Assembly (NCBI GenBank): GCA_048013815.1
Contig: CM106586.1
Coordinates: forward strand, 23,870,001 to 23,934,000
Length of the DNA: 64,000 nt
Reading direction: 5' to 3'
DNA from: Setoptus koraiensis
Taxonomy: Eukaryota; Animalia; Arthropoda
Shown: one piece after another, positions 26,001 to 35,695 of the stretch
Numbering within the stretch: the stretch's first letter is position 1
How the letters are laid out: each line of letters begins with the position of its first letter
Program-made: the position numbers and the translations under genes
The notes under the pieces: generated by a model
What the model was told of the DNA's origin: nothing
Databases searched by the model: none
Seen by the model: the letters and a program-made list of their open reading frames with translations, nothing else

Positions 26001-26098
26001 TGTTTTGAGTTACTAATGACTGGGACCTCAGATAGAACATTATTGACAGTGACGTCAGTTCCGTTTGACGCTTTCGAAATATTCTCCGATGAAAACAT
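23090..26098 (-). CDS. RhoGEF2: RhoGEF2 / PDZ-RhoGEF-like guanine nucleotide exchange factor (PDZ, C1, DH, PH, C-terminal coiled coil); exons 26098-23944 and 23814-23090
   Basis: PDZ (IHRDKNGFGLRVKG..VFVEQV..GAAWRAGV..DKIHKVNG); C1 (HRF..CMGC..CSRC..HKSC); DH (RQEIIRELLSTEKAH..QRLTKYPLLLENL); PH. A phase-1 intron at 23943-23815 joins the 731-aa and 172-aa ORFs in frame. Confidence 0.9.
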
Positions 26099-28154
26099 TC
26101 TTTCTAAAAGGTGTTAACGGGTGGTAATAGAGTTGATGTTGAATCTGATTGGTATATAAATTTATAATCAGTCATGGGAGCTTATATGCATAACTGATGA
26201 TGAAGAATTCAATGCTATGAATACTTCGCTTCAGTTTGGTTAAGCTTGAGGAATTTCAATTCATAATTCGACTAGTAATGACCATACTGAACAGGTTGAT
26301 GACTAGATTAACAGATACTGGTGTGCAAACAAAAGAATATCCGACTTATCGGGTCGGTTGAGGTAATAGAGTAGATCATTATTAACTTTTTAAAATTTAG
26401 GCGAAGGGTCCTAATTACTACGTTCTAATTAATGAATTGTCAGTATTTCCCATGGTTTAAACTATGGAGTAATCAATAAAATGTATGAATTGGGTCTTAT
26501 TTCTCTTCAAATATTTTTGCAATATGAAGTGTAGTTATAATGATACTTTTCAGTCATTGGTGGTAAACTGTTAAACGTGAGCTATCATGATGCTACAGAA
26601 AGATAAGTAGTTTTGTTCTAGATTGCATTGTCTGTTGTCAGTGACAATTAAACATAAAAAGGGACGGTGTGTAGTTGCAATGATGAACAGTTAAGAGATG
26701 ATGATTTTTTGTATTGATTTTGAAGTAATCATATAAGGTTATATATTATTCATAATGTCAAATTATAAGCGCCTCAAAATGAATTATATGACGGCTTCCA
26801 CAAGGTCCCCGTGCAAAACTCGATCATTATTGAGCTAGTTATTAGTGGAAGTAAATTTTAACCAGATTCACATGTGTGTCAGTGTATGTATGTAAACAAT
26901 GGTGTTGCATTTGTCGCCTACTATCTCTTAGAGTTATTGCTGTCACGCCGTTTGGGTACAATATTATTATTAGTTTAATATATACAATAATTCATGAGGG
27001 ATTGTTCTTGTTGTTATCAGCATTATTTATTATTGTATGCATTGTATGTATCATGAAGTAGCCTCTTGGTGCTCTTGTGTTTCCTTGCTTGTCTTGCATA
27101 TTGGTTTTCACTCTGACTAATTTGGAATCTTGTTGATAGTACATAGTACAGTGGATGCTGGTGTCTGTCAAGACATTCTCAGAGGTCTCAATGATTAAGC
27201 TTGATGTAGTTAGAAATTCTAATAGGGTGTATAATAGGAATAAATGGAAGCAAAATTGAAATAACAATACGGTTTATTTTTGTCGCTACTCGCCAGAACG
27301 CTCTAAACTGAAGCATTCGTTCGCAGATATTCGCATATATTCGCTGTTGTTGTTTTAGCGTCTGTGTGTGTTTGCGCTCGCCTGGCTGTGTAAGCGCATA
27401 TACTGTATACGTGTGTACGGGTTACTATAAAACATTTTCAACATATTCCATGAATTTAGGCGTGTCCCGATATAACTTGCGGTCCTCTGACAAGCCCATT
27501 GTGAGCCCATGAACAAATGTCAAATGCGAAAATTTCCGCTAGGGGCACTTCGCGCAAACCAAACAACATTGTTGAGTCCATCGTCATTGTTCCATAACGT
27601 TGCCTAGGCGATAGTTATCTCACTTGAAACCCCACTACGCCATCTAACGGTTTTGCCGCTCTATAGTCTATAGTCACTTAAAGTAGACCACAACATTTCC
27701 AGCGATATTACTTGTCAATATCGCTGGCCCAACGCGCAGATGAACTTGAGATATTTTGTGAGATATGCTCACAAATGTCAGACAAACATTTCCCACATTC
27801 TCTCGTATTGCTGTTGCTTCTATCTACATGCATTGTTGTGGCTCGTTAAAGACGTTACTTTTTTTTACTCGCAAACTTGTCAGCAAACGACTCTATCGAG
27901 CTAGCTGCATTATGATGCCAAGTGTATATGTCTTGCACTCATAAATGCTGCCACTGCCGTGAGATATTGTCGAGCTGTCGCTTGACAGTGTTCGTCCTAT
28001 ACCTTCCTACCTATACCATGCCTGAAGCTATCACAGAAGCGCGCCAGATAGTGATATATATCAGCGGTTTATATTTTTTCAACTTTCAATCTAGCAGTGC
28101 AGTCGGAGATCGCGAGCGAATCTGCTCGAAAGATAAAGAAACGCCCAAAAAATT

Positions 28155-28162
28155 GTGTGTAT

Positions 28163-28203
<41 letters not shown>
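28155..28203. repeat. (GT)n microsatellite
   Basis: Direct inspection. Confidence 0.95.
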
Positions 28204-28205
<2 letters not shown>

Positions 28206-28900
28206 CATCATCATAATGGTGATACACTTATACTTGCCAAACATGTAATAGTATCACAATGAGAAACAGATTAATTTTGAAAGTCGAAACTAACTGCCAC
28301 GTTTGAAACCTTACTTTTAATTAAACTCATTAAGCTCGTTAATGAAACTCATTCGTTGTTGCGTGAGTGTTCAACTACTGTCCATAAGTTGTTACTTGAA
28401 TACTATATTCACCAACTGTAAATTCGGAGCAAACTCACAGGAGCAAAGAGAGAATATGCGACAATTTTTGTGTAACTGTGTTTGTTTGTTGTATCATGAT
28501 GGTCTAGAAAAGATGAAGTTGGTCATAGAGAGGACAATGACCGCTATTCAGTCTTAATCTATCCTAGTTTTTTTCCTCACTCTAACGGTATCCATAGCGA
28601 CAGTGAGTTACACACGGGGATTTACTTTACTCTTGCATAGTAGGAGTCCACTAAGTCTAGGAATTCTAGCGATGTCTATTTAGATATTTGTATGAATTTT
28701 CAAATTCAAAAATCCGTCGTTGCGGACTGGGTTTAGATCGAGTTCGGATGTCCGAAGGAATCAGAGCGCAAACTATCCATGCGTGTCTACAGTTTGAGTC
28801 AGCCTGTGTTTGGTTGTGCATTGCTTTTGCCGCTAAAGAATTTTCTATCCAACTGACAACTGACAGGCCGCTGCACTGTCCAACTTCAAATGGATTGTCC

Positions 28901-28943
28901 ATTCATGAATATCGGATTTATAAATTAGTCGATATTCATGAAT
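28901..28943. repeat. Perfect 14-bp inverted repeat with 15-nt spacer
   Basis: ATTCATGAATATCG (28901-28914) / CGATATTCATGAAT (28930-28943). Confidence 0.9.
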
Positions 28944-29518
28944 AGAAACAATCAACAATGAAACAGGGTAGCGATGAGATCGTTCGCCTGAAGAAAAATC
29001 TCGCTCCAAAGTGACCATATTGTTTTTAGGAAGATCTCACTTGGAATGCCCACCATGCTGGTACCGGATGTCTTTACTTAATTATCTTGGATCGAAAGGG
29101 TGCTCGTGCGGGCATTTCTTTCCAACTAAAGAATTATATTAGGATTGAGGAGGAAGAGTCATCGTTGGACAACATTTTTTTTTTTTTCGAAGTATTTTGA
29201 ATTTCGCGCTCCATGTATTAATCCATATGAAAATTCTCGTTTCGAAGCACTTTACTGTAGTGTAGAGATATTATTACTGATTATTATTAAATTATTATTG
29301 ATATTATTCATGTATTGGTACTATTATCACTATACTGCTATTGCTACTACATGATACATAAATTTTTTATCATTATTACTATTACCCGGTGCATCTAGTA
29401 CTAATATCAGCAACACAACACTTATTATTATTATCACTACCATTGGTAATATATACTAAGATATATTTAAGCAAACATCGCAAGTCTAAACCCAATAAGC
29501 TGTATCATTTCTACTATT

Positions 29519-31306
29519 ATGAATAAACAACATTCAGCTACTGCAACAACAATTGCACCAATTAAATCTACCACCACATCGTCTATTGCATCTACATTAT
29601 CTGTTGCAGGAACGACAGACTCCTTAGCGCAAGCACCGACCACATTACCATTAGGGTCAGTAGCAGTGCCATCCAACCCTGATCCAACCGATATTAACTC
29701 CTCCATAACTGAATCAACCCTATCACAAGCAATAAATAATAACAACAATAAGCTGAACTCACCACAACTGACAGCTGAAAACACGACGATTGTCACTACT
29801 TCAAATACCTGTAGCAATACAAATCCTACATCATCAGCCACAACGAGGCAAAGTTGTTCCGATAATTTAATGGTTGACGCATGCGATCAAGGTGATATAG
29901 AAACTGTTCATCAATTCCTAGATGAAAAATGTGAAAAGAAAGATGATGAAAGTGAGCTAATACCAGATAATAAAAAATCCCCGAAAGAAAATAACCATTT
30001 GGAGAGTGATGCCGTAGAAGAAAATAAAGACGAGGGTGAAGTTCATTCTGATGAGGGCAAAGTTAATTCTGATGATGATGATCTTGAAGAGGGCGAACTT
30101 AAGGACGATGACGATGGCTCCACTGAACTTACATTATATTCTTATCCGTCGAATCAAAACAAACTCAACAACCAGCATCATCAATACCCAACTAAACAAA
30201 TCTCTCATCATTCATCCTCGCCATCTTCTTCTGCTTCGGCATTGCTACCGACACCCAGACTACCCCCACGAAATTCGCAACCTATTCAAAAATCATCCAT
30301 TTGCCGTTACTATTCTAGTAACCAATGTACATGGGGTGACAGTTGTAGATTCTTACACATAGCAGGACCTTCGAATCCTGGTAGCGAATTCGTCGACAGT
30401 ATTAGAACTTTGGGTAATAGCAGAGGTCCACCACCATTACCTGCAAATCCGTTCCATGAGAGAGACCCTCACCATATGAGGTACCCTTCATATTCAACCT
30501 CTTCTTCATCTAGTTATCATGAATTGCATCAATCCCCACAATCTCCACTGCCACCTCATGCCACATCTGGCTATTCTAGTTACAGGCGACACCATAATAC
30601 TACACCACCGCCCACAGCAGCAATATCACCATCAGCTAACATGAGAGGTCCAAATAGGCCGCCGCCGCCGCCACAATCAACTTCCTCTTCACTGTCCTCA
30701 GTAAATCGTCTTTACCCATCATCGTCTTCTGCTGATTATGAGCGTCGGCGGCAGCTTGCCTTTGAATTGGAACCGGAGGGAATTGACAGCCGGGAGATAC
30801 CTCCCCCGCTAGCTAGAGATTATCCAAGAAGGCCAGTTGTAAATGGACCTCACTATAGGGATTTACACATTAGAGAACCATATAATCATAGAGAACCTAT
30901 GCCTCGCAGAGAATACCCAGGTTATCCACCCCCAAATCAATCTTCTCATAGATCTTCAATGTCTTGGAACAGATTACCTCCTGGGCCAAATCATAGGCCT
31001 TCTAGTATCCCCTCGGATGGCAGAAGGCAGCACTCACTCAAAAGGCATTATCAGGATCAGGATGTCGATGAGAGTTCTTGGTCCGACGATGATAGTTCGG
31101 ATGATTCACTAATTGGTTCTGATAACTCTGGAGCAAAATCGAATAGAAGCGCCACAAATTTGGGTGGAACTGGAACACCTACCGCAGAAGCTCTCATTGA
31201 TGATGAAAGACGAGTGCAACTTTTGCAGCAGTTAGAAGAAGTTGAGGAGGCCATAGCCCGAAAAAAAGCAAAACATGAGGTAGGAGAGCAAGAACAGTCA
31301 CAATAA
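29519..31306 (+). CDS. ZC3H18: Zinc finger CCCH domain-containing protein 18-like, single exon, 595 aa
   Basis: DLEEGELKDDD acidic motif, a single CCCH finger (CRYYSSNQCTWGDSCRFLH), and C-terminal RRVQLLQQLEEVEEAIARKKAK resembling the ZC3H18 terminus. Confidence 0.8.
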   Translation: MNKQHSATATTIAPIKSTTTSSIASTLSVAGTTDSLAQAPTTLPLGSVAVPSNPDPTDINSSITESTLSQAINNNNNKLNSPQLTAENTTIVTTSNTCSNTNPTSSATTRQSCSDNLMVDACDQGDIETVHQFLDEKCEKKDDESELIPDNKKSPKENNHLESDAVEENKDEGEVHSDEGKVNSDDDDLEEGELKDDDDGSTELTLYSYPSNQNKLNNQHHQYPTKQISHHSSSPSSSASALLPTPRLPPRNSQPIQKSSICRYYSSNQCTWGDSCRFLHIAGPSNPGSEFVDSIRTLGNSRGPPPLPANPFHERDPHHMRYPSYSTSSSSSYHELHQSPQSPLPPHATSGYSSYRRHHNTTPPPTAAISPSANMRGPNRPPPPPQSTSSSLSSVNRLYPSSSSADYERRRQLAFELEPEGIDSREIPPPLARDYPRRPVVNGPHYRDLHIREPYNHREPMPRREYPGYPPPNQSSHRSSMSWNRLPPGPNHRPSSIPSDGRRQHSLKRHYQDQDVDESSWSDDDSSDDSLIGSDNSGAKSNRSATNLGGTGTPTAEALIDDERRVQLLQQLEEVEEAIARKKAKHEVGEQEQSQ

Positions 31307-31361
31307 AGTCTCTTATATCGTTCTCAGAGCTAATCTTTTAGAATGACTATTTACTATTTAC

Positions 31362-31911
31362 TTAGAATATGTCGCGCGTACTTTCTTCGTATGTTCTCCG
31401 TCTATGTTCTTGGTATTCTTGAGCATTGAAACGGGTGAACAATATACCGACACCTTCAATTAAAGCCAACAATACCCCACCAACCAATGCCGAGCCGGCC
31501 ATAGAGCCCGGTCCTTTCCTGGCTGCTAAAATAGCTCCGGTCAATGCACCACTGGCTATACTATTGTATGGATCCTCTTTCTTTCTTAAATATACTAAAG
31601 AACAATCAATGGTTGAGAATAAACAACCCCAGACTGCAAAACTACCGCCTATGATAGGTCCTCTTGTTTTGATGGCGGTCCAGCTACCAGTAAGACGTCT
31701 CTGAAAACCTGAGGGTGCATTACGAAATCCTTTGATAGATTGAAATAGAGATCCTCCAATGGCGCCCATAGTGAATGCTCCACCACAGTCATCGACTATC
31801 CTCCAAGGACTGAGAAGATCATTTGAGTTATTGAAGTGATCTGTAGAATGAATCTAGATTAGAGGGAAATTTGCGAGGTACTTACCATGGTTCTCTGTTG
31901 TATTCATCCAT
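31362..31911 (-). CDS. TIMM17: Mitochondrial import inner membrane translocase subunit Tim17; exons 31911-31886 and 31809-31362
   Basis: Spliced N-terminus [28 protein letters not shown]; [21 protein letters not shown]. Confidence 0.95.
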
Positions 31912-32314
31912 ATCATGGGGTTGTCCAGGTCAATATGCTGAATATCACCCGAAAAATAATGAACTTCGCTTGTTTAGGGAGATTGGAGCGAATAGATCAA
32001 GGGGTGAAAAAAGCAGTGCTTGAGATACATCATGTAAGTCACATGTACATGTAATAATACAGTAATGAAGTGGCCTGATCACATTTTCAAGCGCGAGATT
32101 TAAGAACGTAAAGAAAAATTTTCTACACGCTCTAAACACATGTTCCATTTATCGTAAGACTTCTGCTGCCCAATCGCTACAGTTGGTGACAAATGTATTT
32201 ATGTTTACAGCATCTCTTTTCACTTGGATCAATATTATTTTACATACTATATTCTATTTCTCCATATATTATAAACTTGATTACTAGTTTGACTAACAAT
32301 ACAGCTCTTGTCAG

Positions 32315-33099
32315 ATGGAAATCTCAGATAAACCGAAGTCTCAATTACCTTTCTTTGTGGACTACGTTGAGGATGAGATCTTGGAGAGGAAACTTTTCTT
32401 TGAAGGCGGGTCTTCACAAGACGATTCAAATATAAACAAACTAGTTAGGACCATTTCCAAATTTTGTTGTGAACCTGAAAAGCTCAAAACAGAGGCCAAA
32501 AAAGATGGAATACCTCCAATTATACCCACTATGTAAGTAATGTCCATTGTCTTGCATCCGTGTTCAATACTGTTAATACTGTGCAATCAATGAGTATAAT
32601 CGATTTTCCGATATCTAATGAGTCCGTCTTATCACAATTCCCATTATAAATCTATAGCGAAGAACAGTATGAAGAACTAACCAAAGCTATAGATGCCTGT
32701 CGGGCAACCGCATCAAAATCGAGTAAAGTTCTGGATGTTTGTAAAAAGGAATTTGAATTATTTATGGACGCCATTAGAGAGGAGGAGCAATCCGTCAAAG
32801 TTAGCCAAATAGAGGTTAGTAAGGCAGCCTTAGATCTTGAATTTGAAAAGAAGATGTTGTCTGTTCAAGGACTTGCTGCTGCCAGTGAAACAGAAGCTAG
32901 GATAGCTGAGCTGGAGAAATGGAAAACAGAATGTCAACTGAAGATAGAACGGCGTAAAAAACAGTTTGAGACTCTGGCAGATGTAGCTAAACGACTCGAG
33001 AGCTTACTTCAGGATGAGAATGATAACCTGTGTGATGAAAAGCCCAGAATCAAAAAGGAAACCTTAGAAGAAGGTGCCAGTGGCAAGGCAGAAGTGTAA
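32315..33099 (+). CDS. THOC7: THO complex subunit 7-like; exons 32315-32532 and 32658-33099
   Basis: EDEILERKLFFEGGSSQDDSNINKLVRTISKFC resembles THOC7 DDEVIRKRLLIDGDG..DDRRINLLVKSF.KWC. KIERRKKQF..L..LESLL resembles KLELRRKQF. The phase-2 GT-AG intron is in frame. Confidence 0.78.
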
Positions 33100-33241
33100 T
33101 GAATGATCAATATAGTAATATATGTGTACAGTTAACGAATTGTATAATATTCCAGTTTTCATAAAAAAAAGGTACCATCTCGGTATTTGATTCTTGGATT
33201 TTTTTTGTTTTTTTGTTTTGTTTATTATTTCCTTTTCTTTC

Positions 33242-33834
33242 TTAATAATTGACGATATCTATATTGTCATCATCTGCCTCCTCGTTGTCACTCACGTCAT
33301 CAAATTCAATTATATTGTCATCGTCCTCGTCTTCACCGAAAGTAACTGTATCGTTGATCTTGGCGTGCTCAGGCAATTCTCCATACGATTTTAGATTACG
33401 TGCTTCATCTGGATTGTATTTCAATATGACATCAGCCCTGGAGTCTTGATAATCTCTCAGGCCTACTAGTACAATATCACCTTGATTAATCCAAACTTTT
33501 TTCCTAAGTTTGCCTCTAATCTGACAGAGACGTTTAACGCCATCAAAACAAAGCGCTTCTAGCCTACCATTGCCTAACATTTTTAAAACTTGGGCATATT
33601 CTTGACCATCCTCTTTGAAAATGAGTTCACGTTTTTCGGCCTCGTTCTCGTTCTTTCCACGACGCCTGTTTTTACCTCCCTTTCCTGAATGGCACAGGTA
33701 GAAATGAAATTAATAAATAAGATAGATTAACAGAGGAACAAAACATGAATGTTGAAATATTGATCGATTGGCTCAGGTTGCAGTTTCCTATTATTAATAG
33801 ATTCCTGTGAAGACTTACCCTTATTCTTAGGCAT
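33242..33834 (-). CDS. EIF1A: Eukaryotic translation initiation factor 1A; exons 33834-33819 and 33684-33242
   Basis: Spliced [20 protein letters not shown]; [33 protein letters not shown]; acidic tail. Confidence 0.97.
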
Positions 33835-34020
33835 ATTATCACTCCTTTGAAATGTTTATTAAAAAAGTTAGTGTGCCTTTTTATCTCATTCAATTGGTTA
33901 CCAGAATACTGGTTAGTCAATTCGACTTGATGTGGAGTTGGATTGACCTAATTGCGAAAATTTATCACGTTTCCAATGTTTTCACTTGTTTTTTCAGCGG
34001 CAAAATTAAATCTTAATTTG

Positions 34021-34520
34021 GTCACAGGAGGTGCGCCTCCCCTCCTGGCTCCCCATGCTGACGAGGGGAGGGATGAATGGGAGGCTCCTCTATGGGACTG
34101 CTCTTTGGTGAATGTATTTCGGTGTTTGTCATGACGATAATACAGAATGATTCTCATCCCATCCGCTGCAGAATTATCTCTCGAATATTGGATTTTTTCA
34201 TAGATTTTACCAAAAGTTTCGATGTGCGCACCGAGGAGTAATCTCCCCTTCCGCAGAGGGAGAGATGAATGGCACACATCGCCGCTTCGTTCGGAAATGG
34301 AAGCTCATCTCCTCCCGCCCACCTTTCTGATCGTTGGTGCGCTGTGTTGTCGCGATGCGATGCGAAGCGAAGGTTCGCTAGAAGCGAGAATTCTCTCGGC
34401 CGAATTCTTACTGCCAAGCCATTCTTCTCCGAGAGATCTCCTTTATTCGCAGGGGGGCTCGCACCGTGGCTTGAGAATGCTGCCTCTTCCGGACACTAGC
34501 TCAGAAGGGAATATTCTTGT
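34021..34520. ncRNA. Candidate structured non-coding RNA (unidentified family, strand undetermined)
   Basis: GC-rich island with many complementary segments (see findings) and a recurring GTGCGC..CTCCCC..GAGGG.AG.GATGAATGG unit. No convincing match to the snRNA, U3, SRP, RNase P/MRP or tRNA consensus sequences I can recall. Confidence 0.35.
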
Positions 34521-35695
34521 AATGTTGGCCAGTGCATTAGTAGGGTGAATTGGAACGAGGTAATGCAGCGAGTCGCTGGCATTTGGATGAATTCTGCTGC
34601 ATTAACAAAATCGAGAGGAGCCAACAAAGAGAAGAGGATTTTTTTGGTTGTGGAAATCAATTACGAGTTATGCATTAGATGTGAGTGTGTTGTTATTATT
34701 TTAACGACTTGCAGCAAGCCTCCGAGTGTCATGTGACGAAGCTGTTGACTTTGGCCGTAACACGACGCCTATCACTACGCGTATCCGTCTAACTCTTTTG
34801 TATTCAGGGCGGCTTCTCATATCTACACACACCAGACATTGTCTAGCTAACGCTACATAACGGTAGCCCTGACAATGCTACCGTTACTTTGGAGCGTCTC
34901 TCTGTCTAGCCAGGGCTGCAATGGCTAGAATCGGTTCAATGGCACTATGTTGGGCGTCAAACTATGGGCGTCGGACTACGTACTCGCTTGTCATCGGGGC
35001 TGCTTGGGGAACCCGAAATGGAAGAGCAACGCTGACAAAAATTGGACAAAAATGAACTGAACCTGATCATTTACACGATGACGAAGAAGAGGGCCACCGT
35101 TCGCCACTAGACGTCTGGGGTTCGCTTAGTCTACACACAATAGAATCTTTAGCGCCTGGTTGTACCCATGCAATGGGACCAATACGAGCCTGCATACACA
35201 TAACATAGAGAGATACAGGGAGATATATGCGGGTAGTAGATACATATACAGAGAGATATCACGTATATATATATATTTATATATGTAGAGAGCGAGAGAT
35301 AGAGAACGTTGCCAGCGTCGCTAACGAATAGATCAAGATGAGTTGTAACTAAAGGAGGGAAAAGAAGGCAGTCAGCCTACTGATGCACATCGAAATATAA
35401 CTCAATAAATTAAAGTGAAAACATAAAATCAATTGCGTAACGCGTAACTGGAATCAATTAGACACTATCATCGCCGACTTAATGGTCTGACCAGCAACAG
35501 TAAAATGCTATAATGAGCTTGCGAGCGAATGGTGATTATCCAATCCAGCGAGAGATAATGTTGTGTCTAATGTAATAGAAGAAGAATAAGAAGAGAAAAC
35601 AAAGAAAACAACTACCACAACAACATTTGGGCCATTTTTACATTAGCAAGCATTTCAAGTTGCAAAATGTTCGCTGCTCTTGGGTGCTGGCAATA

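Noticed and set aside
34025-34090. Hammerhead (CTGACGA at 34059) or HDV-like ribozyme
   Set aside because: There is no GAAA core or stem III for a hammerhead. For HDV the P3/L3 element is absent and the catalytic C position reads U (GAUGAAU).
34165-34340. U3 snoRNA or SRP RNA assignment for the GC-rich island
   Set aside because: The box A core GGAUCA is not present (GGATTT), there are no proper C/D boxes, and the SRP helix-8 CAGG/AGCA loop and helix-6 GGAG loop are missing.
34938-34990. miR-263/183-family seed (AATGGCACT); other seed hits such as TGAGATCAT at ~1645 and TGACTAGA at ~13408
   Set aside because: Only the seed matches; the rest of the mature sequence and a proper precursor hairpin are absent.
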